Part shown: piece by piece, positions 23,875 through 40,161 of the stretch
Layout of the letters: each line of letters opens with the position of its first letter
Position numbering within the stretch: the stretch's first letter is position 1
Origin: Tubulanus polymorphus
Taxonomy: Eukaryota > Animalia > Nemertea
Reading direction: 5' to 3'
DNA length: 64,000 bases
Assembly: GCF_964204645.1 (NCBI RefSeq)
Contig: NC_134026.1
Span: 28,120,150-28,184,149, forward strand
Program-made: the position numbers and the translations under genes
The notes under the pieces: generated by a model
The model's database searches: none
Told to the model about the DNA's origin: nothing
The model's input: the letters and a program-made list of their open reading frames with translations, nothing else

Positions 23875-24576
23875 TCAAGTATGTTCGGATTGATCAAATT
23901 GAGAAGGTAGTATATGCCAGTCGGTCAATCCGGAGAACCTCTGTGGCAAGCCATTCACCCAGTCTAAACATTTATTGTAATTATGATTATTTGGTTCATC
24001 TAAACCGGCTTCTTTTAAAGTTTTCGTGTCGAGTCGAATCATTTCCGATTCAGTTGCGTTATCGGTTGAATATTTTCTGAAACGACGCGGAGTTTGCGGC
24101 GGTCGTCCTACTTGGAACTTTCCCTGTGCTATCATCGCGTTCGGTTCCGATTTGGACGAGATTTTCCGAGATCTATGTCCCGATGGGGAATAAGATAATC
24201 CGGTTACCAAAACAACATCATTCGTGTTATTAGTACTGTATCCATCTCTGTGTGATTTATTTCCTTTTGAAAAAATGTTCGCTTCTGAGTGTGCTCGAGA
24301 TAAAGTAGGTCTACGGCTGTGTACAGAATCCTTTTTGCCACAATTACAATCTTTCCGATCAAAGGTGTAGCTGTGCCGGTTTGATCTATCGGTGATCGGT
24401 TGTAATGAATTTCCCGCTGATCTTAATCGAGCCGAATTCACACCTTCTGAAACATCTTTTCCCACAAGTCCATATTTGTAATTCGGTAATTTGAATGGCG
24501 GTCTAGTTGGCCGCTGAAGTAATTTGGATTCCGGCCCTTGTGTCAAACTCAGTTTATGTTGGCGTTGAGATTCCAT
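23875..24576 (-). CDS. Uncharacterised single-exon protein (~233 aa), Ser/Arg-rich and probably disordered, with C-terminal KCLDWVNGLP motif
   Basis: Long open frame with raised GC in AT-rich DNA; first ATG at 24576 (ORF track starts at upstream GTG 24591); in-frame stops upstream. Confidence 0.7.
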   Translation of the reverse strand: MESQRQHKLSLTQGPESKLLQRPTRPPFKLPNYKYGLVGKDVSEGVNSARLRSAGNSLQPITDRSNRHSYTFDRKDCNCGKKDSVHSRRPTLSRAHSEANIFSKGNKSHRDGYSTNNTNDVVLVTGLSYSPSGHRSRKISSKSEPNAMIAQGKFQVGRPPQTPRRFRKYSTDNATESEMIRLDTKTLKEAGLDEPNNHNYNKCLDWVNGLPQRFSGLTDWHILPSQFDQSEHT

Positions 24577-26128
24577 TACGGGGATTTTCACGCCCTTTCC
24601 TTTTCACTGGTGTTTTCGCAATCAGCTAATTGAATGGTGATAAACTCCGCGCCAACATATTACGACGACTGTTTTTCGTTGTACAACTTCAAGATTAGTG
24701 GTATCGCATTTTGTGAATTCACATTTAATTTAGTAATCTATATATCCATTTCATACGATACAAACAACTAGATCGACCACTTAGAGCATAATACCGGGTG
24801 CTTTTATATTCGAATAAAATAATCAAGTGTTTAACCGCACGGTACAATGGACATTTCCACAAAGTGCAAACATTAAGACACACTAAGTTATGTATAGCAG
24901 TGAAACATAACTCCTCAACCGTTATTTCAAATCCTATATCTATGACGTCATGCACAACATACCCGGCAACATACTGGATTATCAATATCCGGTTTCCGCA
25001 CTAAACTGAAATAAAGAAGATTTAATTCAGGCAGATTTATGTCAAATTCCGTATATTCTGTCGTGTGCTTGTCTTTCTCTTGGTCGAAAGAAATCAGTCG
25101 AAATGAAAGTACTAATCAAATTTTCTTCAAATATATAGAGATTACCTTTTAACTATTAAATCATACCAGAAAGTAATTTCCTTATCGAATTTTTGTATCA
25201 ATACATATTCAACTCAATTGCGTAGATACATATTACGAAACCGGTATCAAAACCCAGAACTTATAAGAATGATAAATTCCCACAGAAAAAAAACGGTAAT
25301 TACCTGCCTACATACCTGAATAAATAAGTATTGGTTATGACTGCAGTTGTCTGATAAATCAAAGCACACCCACATGTGTGTCACTAGAAATCTCTGCCGT
25401 ACCTCTCTTACAAAACCGGCTTCAACACGACAGGAACATTTGGAAGAGGAAATATTAAAAATGAAATCACGCACGGTACTGCTTGTTCTTGGCTAGCCGA
25501 TTTTATTGCATGTCGGAATCCAGTAGGGTGAAGAATAACAATCTAATGGTAATTTAACCACTCCACAGCGGAGGATCTTAAGGCCATAAAATGTCAGCAT
25601 GTCTTAGAAGCGGTTCGAAGATTGATATGGGATTAGTTTGTTAACAATATTGTTTATTAACAACCATACTTCCGAATAGAACTATCGATGAACCGTCATA
25701 AAAATTGTTATAAAACAGAACGAATAGATAACATTGATTATAACGAAAAGTGTTATATGTATTTCAATATATTACTATTTGCGACATTAATTCATTTCCA
25801 TAAAATAGAATCGTTAAGCTAACACGTAGCATCCACCACCCTTATTTAAAGTGCTTGAAAAAATAGTAATAATCTATCCGTGTCAAGTAGCATGCACTGT
25901 TATTCTCTAGGAAGCTTCTGGAATCGTTAAACCCGATTTTTCTGGAAAATTACGTACGACATTTATCATATTTAATATTATGTTGTATTCGTGGTACGTG
26001 TACTTGTATATTACTAATGTCTGCGCAGTACCCTACATAAATAATTCTAAATATATGCATTCAAATTCCTAAGCTATTCGCTTTTCTATTTTGAAACGAA
26101 GAGTAATGTTTTGCGCGGTTGTTTGACA

Positions 26129-31558
<5,430 letters not shown>

Positions 31559-31747
31559 TTATGTCTGCTTGTTACTTGTGATGGGGTTAAAACATTCTAC
31601 TTATAAGACTTTTATCCATCGAATTTAAAATCCATATCGTCAGAATTATAACTGACTAGTTGCGTCTGTAGTCATGGCACCTGTATCGCGTTGACGTCCC
31701 ATGAATCTGTGACATTGCGAGCCAAGCCACCTGAGCGGCACAGTGGT

Positions 31748-31761
31748 GTAGCCTTGGCAAC
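31748..31761. promoter_or_regulatory. RFX X-box-like motif upstream of the coiled-coil gene
   Basis: GTAGCC-TT-GGCAAC fits GTNRCC-N(0-3)-RGYAAC, ~190 bp 5' of ATG 31558. Confidence 0.5.
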
Positions 31762-32130
31762 AGCGGGAAACTGTCGGTGTTCACCGGGTCTTAACGACAT
31801 CTGAAGATCCATCAAAAACCTTTCTCCGAGTTTCATATGATTTCAGGATAATTGTTCCGTCTTTTGTATTATTTTCTATTGATTAAATGGCTGCCTTCGG
31901 ATTTAGAACAAGTGGATGACTATATCATCTACTTGATAATATTTTCATATCACGTTGATAGATTGATAACTAATGCTTTGAATTATGAATATCATGATTT
32001 ATGTTATTTCAAAATAAATCAATAGATACATTATTTTTAATCACATTTCAATTTATTTTCCTGCTGCTTCGAACTATCGTAACTTGGCTGATGCGTATGA
32101 TCGCAATAGCGTCGTCCGTGTAATGATCGA

Positions 32131-32335
32131 GTTCCAAAAATACAGATCGGGCACATTTCCAGAAATGACTTAAACAAACAAAGGTAGAAATATATTGCTA
32201 CTTTCCAGTAACTAAAAGCAATAAGTTGAAATTGAATAACAGTCCCGTTTCATGTTGTATTTTTGTATGGATTGAATGAGAAGAAATGTTGCAATGGTTT
32301 GAACTGTTATTTAGTTTGATGAAGATGAATTATAG
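32131..32335 (-). pseudogene. Decayed GPCR fragment (TM6-TM7-helix 8) related to the adjacent receptors
   Basis: Minus strand gives SSSSN*ITVQTIATFLLI (cf. SSSSLNGIVVTISIFLIV) and AIYFYLCL/HFWKCARSVFL (cf. AINFYLYCLSSSHFRKCTRSV) with a stop and a frameshift. Confidence 0.65.
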
Positions 32336-32382
32336 TTTGAAGATCATAAACGTCGCTATATAGCATCTTCATTGGGTAAATC

Positions 32383-32688
32383 CATCCTCTCCCGGCAGGG
32401 ATTCGAACCTGATGGCATCAAGATTGCCACGGCACGAAACCCTGCCATAATCGACCGTGTGCGCAGATACATGCGCAGTTCAGATGATGTGATTTTTAGC
32501 CAATCAGAAATCCCGTTTTATTTTAGCCCGGGTTTTCCCATTTATAGTTCTTCCTTGAAATTTGCCTCAACGATTATACAACGAGCAATCTGATTGGTGC
32601 CGCCAGTTTTCGTTCGGAAAGCTGCGCATGTACCTGCGCACCCGGTCTACTGTGGCAGGGGTGTTCGAGTCCCTGCAGAGGGAGGATG
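32383..32688 (+). mobile_element. MITE family A, copy 1
   Basis: Termini CATCCTC..GAGGATG, imperfect TIRs, flanked by direct repeat GGTAAATC (32375-32382 / 32689-32696); homologous to 37636-37968. Confidence 0.88.
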
Positions 32689-32768
32689 GGTAAATCAGTC
32701 TCATCTACTCATTTACCTGATGAAGCTATCATGCACTAGTAGCGAAAGTTCATACTTTCATAATTTCG

Positions 32769-33845
32769 TTAGCCTTCAAATCGATAGTTGTTTTCGTTGA
32801 ATTTTGGTTTCAGGAATACAGAACGGGTACATTTCCTGAAAAGACTTGAACTAAGGCAATAAAGATAGAAATTAATGGCTGAATTCATTATCAGCGAAGC
32901 TCGTGATATTTGATACATGACAATCTTAAAGAACAAGTAAACGTTACCAGAAGAGCTGTAGAAGTCCTTAAGCAACACATAAAAATTATAAGTTAAAGAC
33001 GGAAAATGAGTTACAATTAGAAAAATTGAGATCGTCACCACAATTCCGTTTAATGAAGATGATGATGACACGTGACTTTCTGAGATCTTTTGTCTTAAAG
33101 ACATTTGTCGTTTAAACGAAATCAACATAGCAACATTCGATATTACAACCAGAAAAAGTGGTAATTTCAACTCAAATATCAAATCTGAAAATGCCATAAA
33201 AATCAATGTAACTATCACGGGCACTTTTTCATCTAATTGTGAAACACAATCATATATACCATATTCGTTTACACGGGCTCCTGCCAAAATACCTTGCGGA
33301 ATAACTCTTAGTATTCCAACTAAAACTATACATAGCGTGAAGATATAAGCTCTTCTCGGAGTACAAAGAGATTTAGCTTTCAACGCGAATCTGACAGCTA
33401 TAAACCGGTCTATACTCATTAAAGCCAGTATTAAACTGGAGGTCGAAGACGAACCACCGCCGAGTACTTGATATAATCTACAGAATGGAGTTGATAGAAT
33501 TTGCTGATCGTAATGAATTCGTAGAAATAAAACCGGCAAATAAAAACAGATGACGTTAATATCAGAAAAAGCGAGAGCTACTAAATATACACCGACTGAT
33601 GTATCGCAGAAGCGGAATCTCGGCACCAGTAGAATTCGCAAAGATGAAATATTACCAATTGTCCCGATAATGAATATAGTTGGTAGTACGATATATGTTA
33701 CGACGTAGCGGACGTATTCCTTGAAATCAGCAATACGCGACTGATCTGTTGCATTTATTCTACGTAATGACGACATCATAACGTGAAATATGAATTGGGA
33801 CAACGAGGGATCATCAACGTCACCTTCCAAAGTCAGCATTATCAT
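32769..33845 (-). CDS. Intronless rhodopsin-class GPCR (FMRFamide-receptor-like / invertebrate chemoreceptor-type), copy 1
   Basis: Seven hydrophobic segments; GTIGN, LAFSD, TM3 Cys, SIDRFIAV, NSAINFYLY, helix 8 FRK. True start may be the MMSS at ~33780. Confidence 0.93.
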   Translation of the reverse strand: MIMLTLEGDVDDPSLSQFIFHVMMSSLRRINATDQSRIADFKEYVRYVVTYIVLPTIFIIGTIGNISSLRILLVPRFRFCDTSVGVYLVALAFSDINVICFYLPVLFLRIHYDQQILSTPFCRLYQVLGGGSSSTSSLILALMSIDRFIAVRFALKAKSLCTPRRAYIFTLCIVLVGILRVIPQGILAGARVNEYGIYDCVSQLDEKVPVIVTLIFMAFSDLIFELKLPLFLVVISNVAMLISFKRQMSLRQKISESHVSSSSSLNGIVVTISIFLIVTHFPSLTYNFYVLLKDFYSSSGNVYLFFKIVMYQISRASLIMNSAINFYLYCLSSSLFRKCTRSVFLKPKFNENNYRFEG

Positions 33846-34639
33846 TAGTCTTGACCACGCGTATCAATTTAAACGGTGTTATTCATCACAGGTTACCGAT
33901 TAAGAAAATCTTTGATTTTGATAACTCTACTACTGATATCAAATAACCAATTATTGCGCCTATGGATATAGCAACTTGATAACGACTGTATGATTTTTTT
34001 CAGTGGTGAATAACGTATTTCCACACACAAACATACATATGTTTACTACAGAATTATGTGCTGTGATAATTTAGATTTTACGGTTCATGTAGATGACGAT
34101 TCTGAAATTTTGTCTTATTTTTCATTGTAGTTATCATCTATAGTTTCGTTCGTTTATTTGACGACGAAGATGATAGATATTACAGTTTACAGTTTTAGCA
34201 CAATGTATTATTTGCCTAAGTGATTATTTGATTTGCAAATAGATTTTCTTAAGGTTTTGATTCATCACGAAAATGATCCTGTCTCGTGTTATTGAATGTA
34301 ATTTTGCATATGATTCTATACTTTTTACTGGACCAGATTTTTAGTCAGGGATATGATTAACAGCTAGTAGACCACAATGATAAAATGAAATTGAGATGTT
34401 TGTACAATTACCTATGAAAAAAAAACTATATTTTGAACATATTTGGCGGAATTCCTGGAATTTTGCAATCCGAGATCGTCATCAATGTCCGATTAGCAAA
34501 GTTGTCTGAGCATGGCTGCACCATTTCCAGAATCAAATTGTTAAATTCGATGTAATAACATATTTTAATGATGTTGATCTCAGTGCCGACATCACGATTT
34601 CATTAAAAAGAACAAAATGTTTACGAGAATGGAGAGTTT

Positions 34640-34806
34640 GGTAGTCGGTTGGCCACATATTTATTTTTTAAAAAAAGCAATTTCACCCAAAATTTTGAAA
34701 AAGGGTCGGTAGGCAATTAAATTCTATTCTGAAAATGATTATTTGAAACGACGAAATATCGGGTCGGTCGGGCCCGAGAAACAGGGTCTCTTTTGGTGTG
34801 GCCTTA
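34640..34806. mobile_element. Probable truncated DNA-transposon end
   Basis: Repeated GGGTCGGT motifs ending in TTTTGGTGTGGCCTTA; only one end is visible. Confidence 0.4.
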
Positions 34807-35013
34807 GCGTTCTTAGGACTTATGTCTAGGCCGAAGCTGTTGTCAGTGAATTTTGTTGAAAGTATATTTTAGTAGTGGTGAAATAGAAATGCGGTTTTCC
34901 TGTAGTTGAGTCGTGTATGTTGACATTTGAGACATGAAGTGATTGATAAACAAATTGTATTTCGCTGCTGAAGTTCAATGATATCTAAATGTTTCAAATA
35001 ATAATCACGATTG

Positions 35014-36015
35014 CTAATCGTAGCCCGTAGGTTGCGTTGTATGTTTACTTGATCTAGTAACTAATAATACGGATCTGGTGCATTTTCTGAAATGACTTGA
35101 ACTCAGGCAATAGAGATAGAAATTAATGGCTGAATTCATTATCAAGGAAGCTCGAGATATTTGATACAGAAGAACTCGAAAGAAAAATTGCACTTTATCG
35201 GACAGAGATATGTAACGTGCCGTCCACACGTGAAAATTATACATAAGAGACGGAAAATGAGTTACAATCAAAAAAATGGAAATCGTCACCACAATTCCGT
35301 TTAGTGAAGATGATAATGACGATGAAATGTTACTTTTTGACATCGTTTGTCTAAATGACATTTGTCGTCTAAACGAAATCAACATAGCAACATTAGATAT
35401 TAGTACCAGGAAAAGAGGTAATGTCAACTCAAATATCAAATTTGAAAATGCCATGAAAGTCCGTGAAACTACCTTGGGAATATCTTTATTTATTCGTGAA
35501 ACACAATCATTGAAACCCTCTACGTCTACACGGGCTCCTGCCAAAATCCCCTGTGGAATAACCCTAAGTATTCCTAATAAAACTATACATAGTGTGAAGA
35601 TATAAGCTCTTCTCGGAGTACAAAGAGATTTAGCTTTCAACGGGAATCTGACAGCTATAAACCGGTCTATACTCATTAAAGCCAGTATCAAACTTGAGGT
35701 CGAAGACGAACCACCGCCGAGTACTTGATATAATTTACAGAATGGAGTTGACAGAATTTGCTGATCGTAATGAATTCGTAGAAATAAAACCGGCAAATAA
35801 AAACAGATGACGTTAATATCCGAAAAAGCGAGAGCTACTAAATATACACCGACTGATGTATCGCGAAAGCGGAATCTCGGCACCAGTAGAATTCGCAAAG
35901 ATAGAATATTACCAATTGTCCCGATAATGAATACAGTTGGTAGTACAATATATGTTATAGCATAGTGAACATTTTCCTTCAATTCTGCGTTACGCGTCTG
36001 ATCTGTTTCATTCAT
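35014..36015 (-). CDS. Intronless rhodopsin-class GPCR, copy 2 (tandem paralogue)
   Basis: Same motifs as copy 1; TM1-TM4 almost identical in protein and DNA. Confidence 0.93.
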   Translation of the reverse strand: MNETDQTRNAELKENVHYAITYIVLPTVFIIGTIGNILSLRILLVPRFRFRDTSVGVYLVALAFSDINVICFYLPVLFLRIHYDQQILSTPFCKLYQVLGGGSSSTSSLILALMSIDRFIAVRFPLKAKSLCTPRRAYIFTLCIVLLGILRVIPQGILAGARVDVEGFNDCVSRINKDIPKVVSRTFMAFSNLIFELTLPLFLVLISNVAMLISFRRQMSFRQTMSKSNISSSLSSSLNGIVVTISIFLIVTHFPSLMYNFHVWTARYISLSDKVQFFFRVLLYQISRASLIMNSAINFYLYCLSSSHFRKCTRSVLLVTRSSKHTTQPTGYD

Positions 36016-37635
36016 TCTACTTAATGACGACGTCAGAACGTGAAATATACAAACCGATAAGTAGATTGAGGGAACATCGAAGACACTCGTGAAACGAATA
36101 GTTATACATCGGTCTCTGTACGACTACTGACACGTGCATCTATTTGATAAACAGTGAGTATAAGTATATACGTATTTCATTTTCATATTAGCCAAAGCTG
36201 AATTCGGTTACCAATTAGGAAAATATTCGACGACGCTAACCGTGTACTAACGGTGTCGAGTAACTAATTGGTTTCATGAATTTATAGTAACTTGATAATG
36301 ATAACGACTGTATGATTTTCACGTTCGTACATCGAAAATAGAAATAGAAAATCCCACTGAAAATCATATGCTTGTGAATCATGCCTATCAACTTCATGTT
36401 GAGGTTCTTGTATTTTTCTGTTTTGGACGACGACAATTTGAAAAATCTAAACCTGGTGGAATGAACCACGTTGATATCGGTGATATACAACACTCAAATA
36501 AATTCCTTACATGTAAAGAAAGATTTCAAATCTTTAGTATCGATTGCTTAGAAAAGTCGACCGACGCTGAGTGTAAGAAATGGCTTCACATTCCCTTGGG
36601 TCCATATTTTGTCAACAATGATATAAATCAGATATTCATATTGGCGATCATAAAACTGGATCAAAGTCTCGAGGAAAAGATGCAAATAAGTGAAACGATT
36701 GCGGCGGGACAAAACATATATACATCATCGGTATAAAGAATACGACATGAATATCTATTTTTTCAATGTATTTTTTGCATTAACGTTGATCTCGTCTGAA
36801 GCTGTGGATATTTTTCTATGTCACCCGAACTGATTTGGGGATTAACAAACATTCCCCTCTCTCTATCGACCTTCTTGATTGCCTTTCGCGGTGAAAATAC
36901 CAAAGGTTGCGCCATGACCACATTTTTCCCGGTTGGCCAAAAAGTGAAAATAGGCGAGTAATCTGAATTACCCAATTCACTCTCGTAGAAAAAGGATACC
37001 GGCTGAGCTGGTCGAATTTACATCATCGTTGTTAACACACACACCATTCATTCTAATTTCGAAAACTACGCTTCTCCGGGAAAACGTTCCAATCATACAC
37101 AATGGAATGCGTTTTTTCTCTCCTCCAGACTTGTAGAAATTGTATGCAATTTTCTTATGAAACGAAATTCAAATGCAGCAAAGTTGAGGAAAATCAGATC
37201 GGATACAATTGCAGATCATATATCATAGAATCTAAAATGCCAAGATTCATACGACATACGGCCGCCGAGCCTTAGTTGTAATTGTAATTGACAGATTGTG
37301 GTCACTCGAACGTAGCTGGTTATCATGAAATGATTTATTATATTAATCAACACTAATATCACTTATAAGTTCTATCAACAATTCCCGTATCAAAAATATA
37401 TACACAGGTCAGTGCCTAACATTTTGAGGGCAGTTCTATTTCAAGAAAAAGTGCACTTTTTCACCATGATAAGGGGCACTTTCCTATTGAAAAAGGACAC
37501 ATCTTAAATATGATTATTTCACTTTTCATTTCCAAAAAACATGAAAGTTGTATCGAAATTTCGAAAAATCTTGACCCAAATGTTGACACTGACTTAAGGA
37601 CACTGTCTTAGCTACCTTCGCTGCCACTGAACCCC

Positions 37636-37968
37636 CATCCTCCCTCTGCAGGGACTCGAACGTAATGGCATCGCTACACTCAGCCACGGCACGAACCCCT
37701 GCATCACCCTGAATCAGTAGACCGGGTGCGCAGGTACATGCGCAGCTTTCCGAACGAAAACTGGCGGCACCAATCAGATTACTCGTTGTATAATCGTTGA
37801 GGCAAATTTCAAGGAAGAACTATAAATGGGAAAACACGGGATTTCTGATTGGCTAAAAATCACATCATCTGAACTGCGCATGTATCTGCGCACACGGTCG
37901 ATTATGGCAGGGTTTCGTGCCGTGGCAATCTCGATGCCATGAGGTTCGAATCCCTGCGGGGGAGGATG
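37636..37968 (-). mobile_element. MITE family A, copy 2 (inverted relative to copy 1)
   Basis: Termini CATCCTCCC..GGGAGGATG; 9-bp direct repeat CTGAACCCC at 37627-37635 and 37969-37977. Confidence 0.9.
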
Positions 37969-38318
37969 CTGAACCCCGCCACGGGCCTGATATACATGTA
38001 TCGATGCATTGAAGATTTCGCAATGTTGCCAATGTATCGAAATATCATGCATTTTTAACGCGTGTTAGAAACTTCGCCTTTGTGATGAGCATGACTGCGT
38101 TGTGAATTGCAGTCACAGATTCTACCAATTCTTTAACAGCTTATTTAAGGTTTACACTGAAACGCGTGGAACAATAGTCTATGAGTCCAAACATATATTT
38201 GTTCTCTCAATAAATGTTCATCATTAATTCAGAATATTAGGAAATTATCTAATGGCGTGGCCAAATTCTATCGCTGATATACACACGCAGAATTGACGAT
38301 ATAAATGATTTTGTTGAT

Positions 38319-38419
38319 AGGGACCGTATTCACAAAGTGCCCGTAATTTATGAATGAAGCTACGTGATTAACTGTGAACTTACGGGCGGACCTACGTGAC
38401 ACGTTACAATACGGTCCCT
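38319..38419. mobile_element. ~100-bp palindromic MITE (Harbinger-like ends)
   Basis: AGGGACCGTATT..AATACGGTCCCT terminal repeats with inner GCCCGTAA / TTACGGGC. Confidence 0.6.
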
Positions 38420-38686
38420 GCTGCCTAGTATATTCAATGGTTTAAGAGTCTTCAATAAAAAGAATATGGATCCGAACCCTGGATTTAGTTATACGTCAGT
38501 GTGTATGAGAGTTTGGTTCCACGAAAGAAATTTCGATGAAAATACGTATATATATTTTTTTTTGTGGTATTGCGCGGGACAAAATTATATGAATGATAAC
38601 ATTAGAGATTGTCTTCATAACCTTGGTGAAACGCTCGATCCGTATTGTAATTTGACTTGATATCTTATTCGGTGCTTCGACTATAT

Positions 38687-39063
<377 letters not shown>

Positions 39064-39115
39064 GACTATATATCGATAGTTATCGTCTGGAATAATCATC
39101 TTCATTCTTCAATAA

Positions 39116-39394
39116 CACAGCCGTCGGAAGGAATTTTTCAGTGGCGAGGCTTATTTCTGAAGGGTGGTCTGGGGGCCCTCCGCTAGAAAAATTTCGAAAA
39201 TTCAATCGCCGGAGATACGTTTTGGGGCCATTTCACGGTCTCATTCACAGAAGCAAGAGAAGTCGTGAGCCAACCACCAAGGACAGAGACCAACGTGCTG
39301 CTACACGGTACAGCGTGCTTTTGAAAAAATTGTTGTCAAGCAAAAAGGTGGGGCGGCTTTGGCCACTCCTGCCGCCCCTGTTCCGACGGCCCCG
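39116..39394. mobile_element. Degenerate hAT-like MITE
   Basis: GCCGTCGGAA (39120-39129) / TTCCGACGGC (39381-39390) inverted ends, GC-rich interior; no clean TSD. Confidence 0.6.
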
Positions 39395-39949
39395 ATTAAT
39401 AGATAGTCGAAACTTCGAATCAAATATTAGTTCAAGGACACTTTGCGGACTCGTTTTTCTCGTATTGTGGAATCATATATCTTATTTCAGGTCTTCGTTT
39501 GATTGATTAAAAACATAGAACATCGTGTGAAATACTCGAAGCACTTTGTAGAAAATATTATTGAAAAGTTGTTTCAATGGTATAGATCTAGTTTTAAGTA
39601 CTTCATATCAAATAGAATTCGAAAATCATAAATAGATCATTTTATTTTAATGAGAAGTTCTCTGACAAATTGTAGCAAGCGGTCTGCGCAGTGAACGCGA
39701 GCCACTGTTAGTGATCGTGATAATGGTAGCTGGTGTATTTACTGAGAAGTGTTGCCAGAGTTTCGGAATGAATTTCTCGTCGAAGAAACGCAAACTTTTT
39801 CGATGAATTTTAAACTCATGGCATTTGTGTTGTCGCGCTATGTGCAAATCGATGGTAGAGAAGGATTTCGCGAAATTCCACGCGTTGTTTTATTATCTCG
39901 TGGAAACGCAGCACGCAACTTGTTTCTGGGAGAGTTCGTCGATTCTCGT

Positions 39950-40161
39950 CGAGGATTAATCGGATAGAGAGAAGAATAAAAGACACAAGTGCAGAGAACA
40001 TTTATTGCTGATTCCAACAATAAATACGCTTTTATTTCAACGCGTGAACTCTGGAATAGCAATCCCTAAGTAAGATAAGCATCCACGAGCATTCTCTTCA
40101 CTAAACGCCTCTCCCGCACGTTCGTATTCTCTCTTTTCACCTAGAACCGCTTCGAGATAAG
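39950..40161 (+). other. Possible non-coding first exon of the CNG channel gene
   Basis: Strong donor AAG|GTAAGC at 40161/40162; the first CNG coding exon opens with an acceptor (CTTTCAG, 56688) before its ATG, so an upstream exon must exist. The pairing is inferred. Confidence 0.3.

Noticed and set aside
32398-32410. tRNA gene from the GGTTCGAATCCC T-loop motif (also ~37943-37954)
   Set aside because: No acceptor stem, anticodon arm or A-box context; it is part of a TIR.
32383-37968. Composite transposon that mobilised the GPCR pair
   Set aside because: Each MITE has its own different TSD, so they inserted independently.
32372-38052. Two similar short ORFs (..IATARNPAIIDRVRRYMRSS..) as a gene pair
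   Set aside because: Both lie within the two copies of the same MITE.
39141-39506. 121-aa ORF
   Set aside because: GTG start, overlaps a GC-rich MITE, no protein motif.
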